A DNA stretch of 64,000 bases from an uncultured Solirubrobacterales bacterium (GCA_963785085.1 CAWAUD010000007.1:132506-196505), one strand, 5' to 3'. Shown: positions 21,248 through 31,066, counted from the stretch's first letter. The notes: generated from the sequence alone by a model not told the origin. A program made the numbers and translations.

Positions 21248-21767
21248 TCAGAGGCGGTGGCCCGACCGCGTGCTGCGCCGGCTGAGAGGCAGTGCGATCC
21301 ACAGCGCTCCGAACAGGACCGCGGTCCCGCCGGTGGTTATGGCGCACGCCACCACTCCGAACAGCACGTCCGTTATCAGCATCACGGCCCCAATAATCGC
21401 CAGCGCGAGGGCCGCCAGCCCCGCGATGGCGAGGCGGTTGGAGTCGCTGCACGATCACCGCCTTCATCTCCATGTGGAACAGCAGGCGGTGGAGAGCCGT
21501 CGGCGCGATCAGCAGCGCGGTTGCGATGGTCGTCAGCAGCAGTACGACGAAGTAGAGATCCTTCTGGAACTCGGTGACGTCCGCGAACCGCCCTGTGAAC
21601 GGCACGATCAGGAGGAAGCCGAACAGGAGTTGAACGCCGGGCAGCGCCACGCGCAGCTCGTTGAGCAATTCGAGCAGATTGCGGTCCGAGCGCTCCTGCG
21701 GCGTCTCGTCGCGTCCGTCCGCGCGCAGGTCGACGGATGCAGGGCCCGTTGCCGGATCTTCGTTCAC
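21248..21767 (-). pseudogene. DUF6328-like membrane protein; frame break near 21455
   Basis: 'ETPQERSDRNLLELLNELRVALPGVQLLFGFLLIVPF' head. After 'EMKAVIV' the hydrophobic continuation 'SNRLAIAGLAALALAIIGAVMLITDVLFGVVACAITTGGTAVLFGALWIALPL' is in another frame and ends at 21248. Confidence 0.55.
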
Positions 21768-22132
21768 TACGCGGAGCCGGTTTCGACCGTCAGCACCACG
21801 TAGTCACCACCCTCGCCCCTGCGGACCTCGGCCCGGTTCGATCCTCCGTTCCGGGCGGATTCGAGCGTCTCCCCCGATGTCGCGGGATCGAGCGGTCCGA
21901 ACTCGAGCGTCAGCGAGCCGTCGCCGTCGCGCATGGTCACTTCGAGGCGGTCCTGGACCACGTGCCGGGAGGCGGCTTGCGCGATCGCCTCGGCCATCAG
22001 GATCACCTCGTCCACGCGGTCGACCGGCATCTCGGCTCTCGCAGCGAGGATCCCGACGACACGCCGCATGACCGGGCCCACCAGAGGACCGGGTGCGACG
22101 GCCAGCGTCATGGCGGGCACAGGCGGCTTCAC
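21767..22132 (-). CDS. Small RsbW-like protein with degenerate HATPase motifs
   Basis: 121 aa whose layout parallels the RsbW at 24667. 'VDEVILMAEAIAQAASRH' sits where RsbW has 'INMAVTEACTNVILHAY'. 'LTLEFGPLD' sits where RsbW has 'VIVSDSGAGF'. Start and stop overlap the neighbouring genes. Confidence 0.4.
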   Translation of the reverse strand: MKPPVPAMTLAVAPGPLVGPVMRRVVGILAARAEMPVDRVDEVILMAEAIAQAASRHVVQDRLEVTMRDGDGSLTLEFGPLDPATSGETLESARNGGSNRAEVRRGEGGDYVVLTVETGSA

Positions 22133-23298
22133 GATGCGGCGCGCGTTGCCTCGAGGAAGCGGTCACGGATCAAGGCGAAGCCGATCGGCCCGAGGACGAT
22201 GTCTAGAAAGCGCCGTGCGTCACCACTCACATCCATTCGATTCCCGAACAGGATCATGACCATTCCGACCGTCTCACCGGAGACCAGCACGGGAGCCGCC
22301 AGGCAATGCGTGCCGGACGGCGCACCGAAAGCGCGCACCGGCTCCCCCTCGAGCCATGCCGGCCGGCTCTCGCGGAGCACGCGGCCAAGCTGCTCATGGG
22401 CGGCTACCAGCACCATCGAAGGACCCATCATCCCGGCGGTCGAGGTCCCGAGCACGAGCTCGCCTGCCATATAGAGAGCGAGCCCGGCATCCAGGGCGCC
22501 GAGATGCTCGCGGACCGCGGCCATCGCGGCACGGAGGACGGCGGGCCCGTCGTCGGACTTCAGCCGCTCCATGACCTGGGCCGCCGATCGCATCAGCTCG
22601 CCGCGCAGCATTGCCGCCGCCGTCTCCCGCTCGTGCTCGCGGACCAGCACCCCGAGCTCCTCTCGCTCACGGCGCTCCCGCTCGGCGTCGATCGACACGA
22701 ACGCACACGCCGGAGCACGCCCGGGCGTGCTCGGCAGGCGGAAGACGAGACTGCGCTGCAGACCCTCGCGCGGCCCGCTCCAGGGCGGGTGCTCGACCTC
22801 GACCGGCCCGCGGCGCCCGGCGAACGCCCGCTGGAGCGCGTTGTGCAGCGGGCCATCGGCGAGCTGGGGAGCCGCCTCGAGCAGGGTGGCGCCGGCGTGC
22901 AGCTGCGAGCCCGAGGCGGCGGCGTTGACGTACTCCACCACCAGTGGCTCTGGCCCCGTCACCGTCGCGAGCGGCAGAGGAAGGTCGGAGACCAGCGACC
23001 CTGCAGTGTCCGGGTCGATGCCGGCCCGATCGGCCACAGGCGCCGTGCGCGCCTGCGAGATCGCGTGGGCGACCGGAACGCCTCCCTCCGTGGCCTCCCG
23101 CACCGCGACCACCCGCGCGGCGTCAGAGGCCCGGTACCGGCGCGGCCCGCCCGCCGCGCGAACAGGCAGTGGAAAGCCGTGCCGGCGCTCCCACGTCCGA
23201 AGCCGCTCGCGAGAGACTCCCGTCATGGCGGCGAAGCTGCCGGCGCTGATGGTGGGCTCATCGCTCGTCGCTCTCCGCGACTGACCAGCTTTGTCCAC
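22129..23298 (-). CDS. MerR-type HTH regulator with central sensor region and C-terminal GAF-like domain
   Basis: 'ISAGSFAAMTGVSRERLRTWERRHGFPLPVRAAGGPRRY' is a MerR HTH. C-terminal 'ALDAGLALYMAGELVLGTS...THCLAAPVLVSGETVGMVMILFGN' resembles GAF. Confidence 0.6.
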   Translation of the reverse strand: MDKAGQSRRATSDEPTISAGSFAAMTGVSRERLRTWERRHGFPLPVRAAGGPRRYRASDAARVVAVREATEGGVPVAHAISQARTAPVADRAGIDPDTAGSLVSDLPLPLATVTGPEPLVVEYVNAAASGSQLHAGATLLEAAPQLADGPLHNALQRAFAGRRGPVEVEHPPWSGPREGLQRSLVFRLPSTPGRAPACAFVSIDAERERREREELGVLVREHERETAAAMLRGELMRSAAQVMERLKSDDGPAVLRAAMAAVREHLGALDAGLALYMAGELVLGTSTAGMMGPSMVLVAAHEQLGRVLRESRPAWLEGEPVRAFGAPSGTHCLAAPVLVSGETVGMVMILFGNRMDVSGDARRFLDIVLGPIGFALIRDRFLEATRAAS

Positions 23299-23445
23299 CC
23301 AACCTTTGTACTAGAAAAGGCGGCTGTTGTGAAATGACCACCTTTGCCCACCTCCCATCGGCCCTTGACAAGGGCGACAGTCCGGCTAGTTCAAACGGCA
23401 CTGCCCAATCCCGGGCATCGCACGCGGACCCGCAGGGAGGACAAA

Positions 23446-24231
23446 ATGCAGACCACCACTTCACCGAGCAAGACCGACCCACTGGGCCGGCTCGACGAGC
23501 AGGCACTTCTGAAGTGCTACCACCTCCACGGCGACCGGCGCGCGCGCCAGGAGCTCGTGGAGCGGCTGCTGCCGCTCGTGCGGACCATCGCGCGGCGCTA
23601 CCACCACCGCGGCGAGCCGCTCGAGGACCTGGTCCAGGTCGGGTGCATCGGCCTGATGAAGGCAGTCGACCGGTTCGACCTCGAGCGCGGCGTCAAGCTG
23701 TCCACGTTCGCCGTCCCGAACATCGCGGGCGAGATCAAGCGCTACTTCCGTGACCGCAGTTCCGCCATGCGGATCCCGCGTGACGTTCAGGACCTGTCCG
23801 CCGACATCGGCACCGCGACCGAGCGGCTGACGGCGCGACTGCAGCGCACTCCGAGCATCACCGAGATCGCGGAGGCCGTCGATGCCGACATCGAAACCGT
23901 GATGGAGGCGCTCCACAGCGTCCACGCACACCGTGCGATGTCACTCGACGAGCCGCTCGGCGACGACGACGAGCACTCGGAGCGCGTCGGCTCGGAGGAT
24001 GAGAACTTCTCCCTCGCCGACATCCGGCTTCTCCTCGGCAGCTGCGACCACGTCCTTGACGAGCGCGACCGCGCGATCCTGCGCATGCGCTTCGCGGAGG
24101 ACATGACCCAGAGTGAGATCGCCGACCACATCGGCGTCTCGCAGATGCAGGTCTCGCGGCTGATCCGGCGTTCGCTGAAGCGCATGCGCGACTCGATGGA
24201 CGTCGGCGACGAGGTCGTCCTGGCGGCCTGA
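23446..24231 (+). CDS. Group-3 RNA polymerase sigma factor (SigB/SigF type)
   Basis: 'LEDLVQVGCIGLMKAVDRFDLERGVKLSTFAVPNIAGEIKRYFRD' (regions 2.x), 'ILRMRFAEDMTQSEIADHIGVSQMQVSRLIRRSL' (region 4.2). GGGAGG RBS before ATG 23446. Confidence 0.88.
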   Translation: MQTTTSPSKTDPLGRLDEQALLKCYHLHGDRRARQELVERLLPLVRTIARRYHHRGEPLEDLVQVGCIGLMKAVDRFDLERGVKLSTFAVPNIAGEIKRYFRDRSSAMRIPRDVQDLSADIGTATERLTARLQRTPSITEIAEAVDADIETVMEALHSVHAHRAMSLDEPLGDDDEHSERVGSEDENFSLADIRLLLGSCDHVLDERDRAILRMRFAEDMTQSEIADHIGVSQMQVSRLIRRSLKRMRDSMDVGDEVVLAA

Positions 24232-24311
24232 CGGGCGCTCCTGCGGTAACAGTGAGCGCCGCTCGAGCAGGGGAGGGCGCCGGGTATGATCGCCGGGTGG
24301 CAACCGGCGAG

Positions 24312-24689
24312 ATGCGGTCCGGCGTCTCGGACACGGGGGTCGCGATCCTCGACCTCCAGGGCGAGCACGACATCTACACGGCGCCCAAGCTGCGGGACCG
24401 GCTGAGTGAGCTGCTGGAAGCCGGCCCGGGCGTCGTGATCGACCTGTCCGGCGCATCGTTCGTCGACTCGTCGATCCTGGGCGCGCTGCTCAACGCGCGC
24501 CAGCGCGCCGTCGACGGGAAGAAGGGGTTTGCGGTTTGCCTGTCGCCCGGATCCGACCCGGCCGTACGGCGAGTGTTCGAGATGACCGGACTGTTGGAGA
24601 CCCTTCCGGTCCTGCCCGATCTGGACCGGGCCGTCGAGACGGCGACGTCGGGACCACCTCCTGCGCATGACAGCGTCAGCCGCAACTGA
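24312..24689 (+). CDS. Anti-sigma-factor antagonist (STAS domain)
   Basis: 'VAILDLQGEHDIYTAPKLRDRL..VVIDLSGASFVDSSILGALL..RVFEMTGL'. Start uncertain (ATG 24312, GTG 24297 or GTG 24252). Confidence 0.78.
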   Translation: MRSGVSDTGVAILDLQGEHDIYTAPKLRDRLSELLEAGPGVVIDLSGASFVDSSILGALLNARQRAVDGKKGFAVCLSPGSDPAVRRVFEMTGLLETLPVLPDLDRAVETATSGPPPAHDSVSRN

Positions 24690-25086
24690 GCGGGCCACGC
24701 CCGCCCTCTCGCTGTCCCTCCCGGCACAGCCGGTCAACGTCGCGGTCATAAGGCAGGCGCTGACGGGCGTGGCGGAGTCGCTGGAGATCTCCGCCGCGGT
24801 CCTCGCCGACATCAACATGGCCGTGACCGAGGCCTGCACCAACGTGATCCTCCACGCATATCCCGACGGCGCGGGACGCGTCGAGGTGGACGTCTTCCCC
24901 AACGGCCGCCAGGTGGACGTGATCGTCAGCGACAGCGGCGCGGGGTTCATGCCGCGCCCGGTGCAGAAGGACACGTCGTGGCGGCTCGGGCTGCCGCTGA
25001 TCGCGGCCCTCTCGGACGGCCTGGAGGTCACCAGCGGCCCCGAAGGGAACGGGACCGTCGTGCGGATGACCTTCGACCTGCGTTAG
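24667..25086 (+). CDS. Anti-sigma factor / serine kinase (RsbW-type HATPase)
   Basis: 'NVAVIRQALTGVAE...NMAVTEACTNVILHAY...VIVSDSGAGF...GLPLIAALSD'. Overlaps the STAS gene by 23 nt. Confidence 0.8.
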   Translation: MTASAATERATPALSLSLPAQPVNVAVIRQALTGVAESLEISAAVLADINMAVTEACTNVILHAYPDGAGRVEVDVFPNGRQVDVIVSDSGAGFMPRPVQKDTSWRLGLPLIAALSDGLEVTSGPEGNGTVVRMTFDLR

Positions 25087-25141
25087 CCGCCGGCCGGCAG
25101 CCGCACCATCCAGGCGAGGTCCGCGAATATGCTGCGGCATC

Positions 25142-25593
25142 GTGCGGATCTCGGTCTCGAGCGACATGGACACGCCCACGGCCAGGGCGCTCGTGGACGA
25201 CCTGCGCCGGCGTGGCCACGACGTGGCCGCGCACGGCGCTCTGGCCGGCGACGAGCGCGACGACTGGGCCTGGGCCAGCGAGCGCGCCGCCCGCGACGTC
25301 GCCGAAGGCCGCGCCGACCAGGCGGTCGTGTGCTGCTGGACGGGAACCGGGGCATCGATCGCCGCCAACAAGGTGCCGTGGTGTCCGAGCCGCGCTGTGC
25401 GCGCGACGCCGAGACGGCGCGTGGAGCGCGCGCCTGGAACGACGCGAACGTGCTGGCGCTGTCAGCCTGCGCTCGACCAGCGGAGGCCGCTGCTCGGCGA
25501 GATCCTCGACGCCTGGTTCGAGGGCGAGCCGAGCGATGACGCCGGGGACCGCGCGAACGTCGACCACTCTCGGAGATCGAGGCGCCCGCCTGA
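25142..25593 (+). pseudogene. rpiB: Ribose-5-phosphate isomerase B; about 3 frame breaks
   Basis: 'MRISVSSDMDTPTARALVDDLRRRGHDV...QAVVCCWTGTGASIAANKVP' (frame 25142), 'DAETARGARAWNDANVLAL' (frame 25129), 'EILDAWFEGEPSDD' (frame 25142 again). TGA at 25591-25593 is in the third frame. Confidence 0.72.
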
Positions 25594-25594
25594 C

Positions 25595-26701
25595 ATGTCC
25601 GTAGGAACCGGCGACATCGTCGGCGACGCCGCGAGGAGGCGCAGCAGATGGAGCTGCGCGCCGCTGATCGTGCGCCAGCCGCTCGAGGCGCTTCCTGGAC
25701 GAGCACCTGCCCGGCGAGTCGGGGAGATCGAGCTCGAGCGGATCGGCGAGGGGCATTCGAACGTCACCTACCTCGTCACGCCGCGGTGACGAGCGCTTCG
25801 TCCTGCGCCGGCCGCCGCGGCCTCCGCTGCCGCCGAGCGCACACGACGTGCTGCGCGAGTGCGCGCTTGCTGGACGCGATCAAGGACGCCGACGTGCGCG
25901 CGCCCCGGACGCTGCTGGCCTGCGCCGACGAGTCGGCTGCTCGGCGCGCCCTTCTACATCATGGAGTACGTCGAGGGAGCGGTGATCACCTCGCGAGGTT
26001 CCCGAGCCGCTCGACACGACCGAGGAGCGGCGCCGAATCGGCCTCGACCTGATCGACGCGCTGGTCGAGATGCACGCCGTCGACTGGCAGCGCGTGCGGC
26101 CTCGAGGGCTTCGGCAAGCCGACCGGCTACCTGGAGCGCCAGCTGCGCCGCTTCAACGGGCTGTGGGAGATCAACAAGACGCGGGAGCTGCCGCGCGTGC
26201 AGGAGGTGGGCGACTGGCTGGCCGCCAACATGCCGGAGTCGCCCGAGGCGACGATCGTCCACGGCGACTACCGCCTGGGGAACACGATGGTCGCCGACGA
26301 GCCGCCCGGCGCGGCTGATCGCGATCTTCGACTGGGAGTTGGCGACGATCGGCGACCCGCTCGCCGACATCGGCTACCTGACCGTCACCTGGGCGCAGCA
26401 GGGCGACGCGCCCAGGACACGATGTTCAGCGCCCTCGGCGCGGTCACCCGCCAGCGAGGGATTCCCGACTCGCGACGAGCTGATCGCCCGCTACGAGGAG
26501 CGCAGCGGGCGCTCGATGTCGGACCTGCGCTGGTACCAGGCGCTCGCGCTCTGGAAGGCGGCCGTGTTCATGGAGGGCAACTACAAGCGCTCGCTCGCCG
26601 GCACCACCGACGACCCCTACCTGAAGCTGTTCGACGAGGGCGTGCCGCAGCTGGCCGAGGCCGCGCTCAGGAGATCACCCAGCGCTGCATGCGGCTCGTG
26701 A
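25595..26701 (+). pseudogene. Phosphotransferase (APH/choline-kinase-like, FadE-associated type) family protein; at least 5 frame breaks
   Basis: 'IELERIGEGHSNVTYLV', 'LLDAIKDADVRAP', 'FYIMEYVEGAVI', 'IVHGDYRLGNTMV', 'IFDWELATIGDPLADIGY' and 'RWYQALALWKAAVFMEGNYKR' are scattered over all three frames. Confidence 0.7.
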
Positions 26702-27317
26702 AGGGCCTGCTCATCGACTTCGGCGGCGTGCTGACCACCAACGTGTTGGACTCCTTCCGCGCGTTCTGCCGTGTCGGAGGGGCTCGACCCGGACGCGGTG
26801 CGCAAGGCTGTTCCGCGAGCGAGCCCGAGGCGCTGGCGCTGCTGCGCCGGCTGGAGGTCGGCGAGCTGACCGAGGAGAGTTCGCGCGCCGAGTTCGGCCC
26901 GCTGCTCGGCGTGCCATCGAGCGCCACGCCGGGCTCGTGGACCGGCTGTTCGCCGGCATGCAGCCGGAGCGAGCTGATGCTGGACGCGCTGCGCCGCGCG
27001 CGCGCCGCGGGGCTCGCACAGCGGTGGTCTCGAACTCGTGGGGCGACGGCGCGCTACGACCGCGGACTCGTTCGACGAGCCTGTTCGACGGAGTGCGTGA
27101 TCTCCGGCGAGGTCGGCCTGCACAAGCCCAGCCGGAGATCTTCGAGCTCGGCTGCCGAGCGCGTCGGGCTGCGCCGGCATCGGAGTGCGTGTTCGTCGAC
27201 GACCTGCGCGAGAACTGCGCCGGCGCCGAGGCGGTCGGCATGACGGCGGTGCTGCACCGCGACCCGGAGGAGACGGTCAGCCTGCTGGAGCGCCTGCTGG
27301 ACGTCGAGCTCCGCTGA
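26689..27317 (+). pseudogene. HAD-superfamily hydrolase (subfamily IA); several frame breaks
   Basis: 'MRLVKGLLIDFGGVLTTNVLDSF' (motif I), 'VVSNSWG', 'GLHKP', 'ECVFVDDLRENCAGAEAVGMTAVLH' are in different frames. Confidence 0.62.
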
Positions 27318-29107
27318 CGGGCGGACCTACGGCTGCGTCGATGGCCTCGGCGACCGACCACAGCGTCACGCCCGCGTCGCGCCCCTCCACTGCGGACTCG
27401 CGCACGTAGATCAGGTCGTCGTCTTGCCCGACCAGCAGTTCGCGGGTGGATCCGGACATGAGCAGCTGGTACGGGGTCGCCTTCGTCATCCGCTCGAGCC
27501 GCGCAGCCGTGTTCGTCGTGTCGCCGACCGCGGTGTATTCGAGACGCCTCGAGGACCCCACGTTGCCCGACATGACGTAACCGCTGTTGAGGCCGATGCC
27601 GAGCCGGAACCCCTCTTCGCTCAGCCCCTCCTCGCGCAGGTAGCGGTTGAACTCCGGCAGCCGCACGGTCAGCATCTCCCGTGCCGCCGCGACCGCGCGG
27701 TCGGCGTGGTCGGCCTGCTCGATGGGGGCTCCGAAGACCGCCATCACGCCATCGCCCATGTACGCGACCAATGTTCCGCCGTGGCCGAGGATCGCCTCGC
27801 TCATCCCCTCGAGGTAGCGATTCAGGACCCGGATCACCGCGTCGGGCGGCAAAGACTCGCTGAACGACGTGAAGTTGCGCAGGTCGGCGAACATCACCGT
27901 CCCGAGAAGGCGAGTCCCGCCAAGCCGCAGATCGTCCTCGGTGCGCTCCAGCACGTCCTCGACCACCGCCTCGGGAACGAACCGGGCGAAGACCGAGCGC
28001 ATGCGGCGGCGCTCCCGCGTCTCGGTGAGGTACTGGACCGCGAGCGTGCCGGCGGCCGCGAGCGCGAAGGCAATCAGCGGAGCGGCGACCTGCACCACGA
28101 GACCATGGTCGAAGCCGATCTGAGCGGCCACCGCGAAGGCGGCGGCCAGAGCCGCTCCAATGGTGAGCGCCCGGAACGCCCTCATCCGGAGGCTCAACAG
28201 CGGCGCCGCCATCGCGAGCACCAGGATCGCGAGCAGGGTGATCGCGAACGGCGCGCTGCGCAGCGGGAAGCCCCGCAGCACGGTGGCGACGGTGTTCGCC
28301 TGCAGCTCGGCGCCCGACATCAGATCGCCACGCGCCATCGGGGTCGAGTGAACGTCCTGTAGTCCACCGGCCGAGGGACCCACCACCACCAGCCGGCCCC
28401 GGAAGGCCGAGGCGGCGACGTTACCGCGCAGCACGTCGATGAACGAGTAGGTCCGGAAGGTGCCCGGCGGTCCGTAGAAGTCGATCCACGGGTGCCGCTC
28501 GGGGAAGTCGACCGCCCCGGCGGGCCGGCCCGTGTAGCGCTCCGCGGCGGCGGCCGCGAACGTCTCGAGGCCGTTCGCCGTCCGCTCGAAGCGGCGCACT
28601 ACGCCTGCGTCGGTCGAGACGACCGCACTTGCGGCCCGGGCATGCACCGAGCGCAGCACTTCCTCTCCGCCGAACACGTTCGTGCGCCCGCGCGCGGTCG
28701 GCCAGCGTCGTCGCGAGCACCGCTCCGCCAGCATCGCCGACGGCGCCGATCAGCCGGTTGTCCTGCTGCGGGACGGTCGGCTCGGTGAACTGCACGTCGT
28801 AGGCGATCGTCCTGGCCCCGGACTCGTGGAGGCGGTCGATCACGCGCCCATGCAGCGAACGCGGAAAGCCCAGCAGCGCCAGCTCCGGCTCGAACCGCAG
28901 GCCCGCGAGGGTGCGGTCGTCGATCGCGACGACGACCACGTCGTCAGGCGCGGCACGGTCGCCGCGCACCGAATAGCGCAGGTCCACCGTCTGCAGCTCC
29001 GGGGCGGTCAACGCACCGGCATGCTGCAGGAGTATCGCCAGCACCGCGGCGGCGATGCCGGTCGCGACGAAGAGCCGCGCGCGCAGGTGCCGCCGGCGTC
29101 CCGTCAC
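27277..29107 (-). pseudogene. CHASE2-domain membrane adenylate/guanylate cyclase (class III); frame break near 28690
   Basis: ORF 28421..29107 (TM helix, 'VVVVAIDDRTL..FPRSLHGRVIDRL..GARTIAYDVQF') continues in ORF 27277..28734. That part has three TM helices, then 'GTVMFADLRNFTSFSE...GGTLVAYMGDGVMAVFGAP...GLNSGYVMSGNVGS..RLEYTAVGDTTNTAARLE'. Confidence 0.82.
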
Positions 29108-29108
29108 T

Positions 29109-30203
29109 TCAGGCCGAGTGGTCGATCAGCGCCCGGAGCTCGTCGAAGTTCTCGAAGAAGATCGCCACGATCCGCGGGTCGAAATGGGTGCCGGACTCGG
29201 CGGAGATCTCCGCGAGCGCCTCCTCGATCGACCAGGCGTGCTTGTACGGACGCTCCGAGATCAGCGCATCGAACACGTCGCAGACCGAGCAGATCCGGCC
29301 GACGAGAGGGATCTGCTCCCCGGCCAGGCCCTTTGGATACCCGGAGCCGTCCCACCGCTCCTGGTGGGTGAGAGCGATCACCTCCGCCATCCGCACGACG
29401 GGCGAGCGGCTCCCAGAGAGCAGGTTCGCGCCGATGGTCGTGTGGGTCTTCATCAGCTCCCACTCGGCCGGGTTGAGCCTGCCCGGCTTCATCAGGATGC
29501 TCTCGGGAATCGCGATCTTCCCTATGTCGTGCATGGCAGCCGCGTGGAGCAGCAGCTCCGCGTCCTCCGCGTCAAGCCCGGCGTGCCGGCCGAGAGTCGA
29601 GGCGAGGCGGCTCATGCGGGTGATGTGAAGGCCCATGTCGCTGTCACGCGACTCCGCGAGCGAGCTCAGCCGACGGACGACCTCCAGCTGAGCATCGCGC
29701 AGATCCTTGGTTCGCTCCTCCACCTTGCGTTCGAGCAGGTCGTTCTGGAGCGTCAGCTGCTCCTTGGTCGCGGTCAACGCCGCGCCCAGGGAGCCGAGCA
29801 TCTTGCGGGCGGCGGAAGGGTGCTGGTCGAAAACCGCGTCCAGGCTCGACTTCGTGATCTCGACGGCGGACGACTCTTGGACCGCGATGACCGACGCGGA
29901 GCGCCGGCACTCGTTCACAGCGGCGAGCTCACCGAAGACCTGGTCGGCCTCGAGCCGGTCGAGGACCACATCGGGGTCGACCGATGGACGCACGACGTGC
30001 AGGAGGCCCGAGCGCACGATGTAGAGGGAATCTCCGAGATCCCCCTCGCTGAAGACCACTTCGCCACGATCGAAAGCGCGGCGGCTGGCGCGCGCGCAGA
30101 CCTCCTCCAGGGCGGGGCCCGGGAGGGACGAAATCATCTCGACGGAGGAGAGCTCCTCCATGCGCACGGGCTCTCCGAGCAGGCTCGGACCGTGGCCTCT
30201 CAT
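29109..30203 (-). CDS. Cyclic-nucleotide-binding domain fused to HD-GYP phosphodiesterase domain
   Basis: 'FDRGEVVFSEGDLGDSLYIVRSGLL...QVFGELAAV' (CAP_ED), then 'HAAAMHDIGKIAIP...HTTIGANLL...HQERWDGSGYPKGL' (HD-GYP). Alternative start at ATG 30161. Confidence 0.85.
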   Translation of the reverse strand: MRGHGPSLLGEPVRMEELSSVEMISSLPGPALEEVCARASRRAFDRGEVVFSEGDLGDSLYIVRSGLLHVVRPSVDPDVVLDRLEADQVFGELAAVNECRRSASVIAVQESSAVEITKSSLDAVFDQHPSAARKMLGSLGAALTATKEQLTLQNDLLERKVEERTKDLRDAQLEVVRRLSSLAESRDSDMGLHITRMSRLASTLGRHAGLDAEDAELLLHAAAMHDIGKIAIPESILMKPGRLNPAEWELMKTHTTIGANLLSGSRSPVVRMAEVIALTHQERWDGSGYPKGLAGEQIPLVGRICSVCDVFDALISERPYKHAWSIEEALAEISAESGTHFDPRIVAIFFENFDELRALIDHSA

Positions 30204-30244
30204 TGCGAAAAGATCGGCAGTGCAGAGGGGACGCTTGAGAAGCG

Positions 30245-31066
30245 CTAGCCGGCTGCCACCTCGGCACGGACCAGCTCGGAGAAGGCGGCCGCGAGCTTCT
30301 GTGTCACGGGCCCGGGCTCACCGGTCCCGACCGGGTCCCCGTCGAGGCGCACGAGCGGCTGGATCTCGCGTGTCGAGGACGTCAGGAAGATCTCCTCGGC
30401 CGCCTTCAGCGCCAGCGGCCGGATCGGGGGCTGGACGGCGGGCATTCCGATGTCGTGGGAGAGGGCGATGACCCGTTCGCGCGTGATCCCCAGCAGGCAG
30501 CCCGAGCCCGGCGGCGGCGTCTCCAGGCGCCCGTCCAGCACGATGAAGACGTTGGCGGTCGTCGCCTCGACGATCTCCCCGGCGGTGTTGAGCAGCAGCG
30601 CCTCGTCGGCTCCACGCTCGTGCGCTTCCCGCTGGGCCATCAGCGAGTCGGCGAGGCCGATGGTCTTCACGGCGGCCAGCGGCCCCGACTCGTCGTGCCT
30701 GACGGTGCCGGAGATGATGGCCGAGGCCGTCGGAGGCCACGGGACCATCTGGCGCGCGGTGACCAGGAAGGTCGGCGGTCCGGGGCCACGCGTGAGGCCC
30801 GGCGGCCCGGGCCCGCTCGTCAGGGTCGCGCGGACGCGCGCGTCAGCGAGGCCGTTTGCCTCGAGGACTGCTCGCACCGCCTCCTCGAAGCGCTCCACCG
30901 GCGGGGCTTCTATCCCAAGAGTCGCCGCTCCGGCGGCCAGCCGCTCGCCATGCTCGCCCACGGCGAACGGAACGCCGTCGTAGGAGCGCAGCGTCTCGAA
31001 TACTCCGTCTCCGGCCAGGAAGCCGTGATCCCCGGGTGCGATGCAGGCCTCGTCCTCCTCCACCAC
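30245..31066 (-). CDS. pabC: Class IV aminotransferase / aminodeoxychorismate lyase
   Basis: 'DHGFLAGDGVFETLRSY', 'EALLLNTAGEIVEATTANVFIV', 'LLGITRERV'. Immediately downstream of pabB. Confidence 0.7.
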   Translation of the reverse strand: MVEEDEACIAPGDHGFLAGDGVFETLRSYDGVPFAVGEHGERLAAGAATLGIEAPPVERFEEAVRAVLEANGLADARVRATLTSGPGPPGLTRGPGPPTFLVTARQMVPWPPTASAIISGTVRHDESGPLAAVKTIGLADSLMAQREAHERGADEALLLNTAGEIVEATTANVFIVLDGRLETPPPGSGCLLGITRERVIALSHDIGMPAVQPPIRPLALKAAEEIFLTSSTREIQPLVRLDGDPVGTGEPGPVTQKLAAAFSELVRAEVAAG

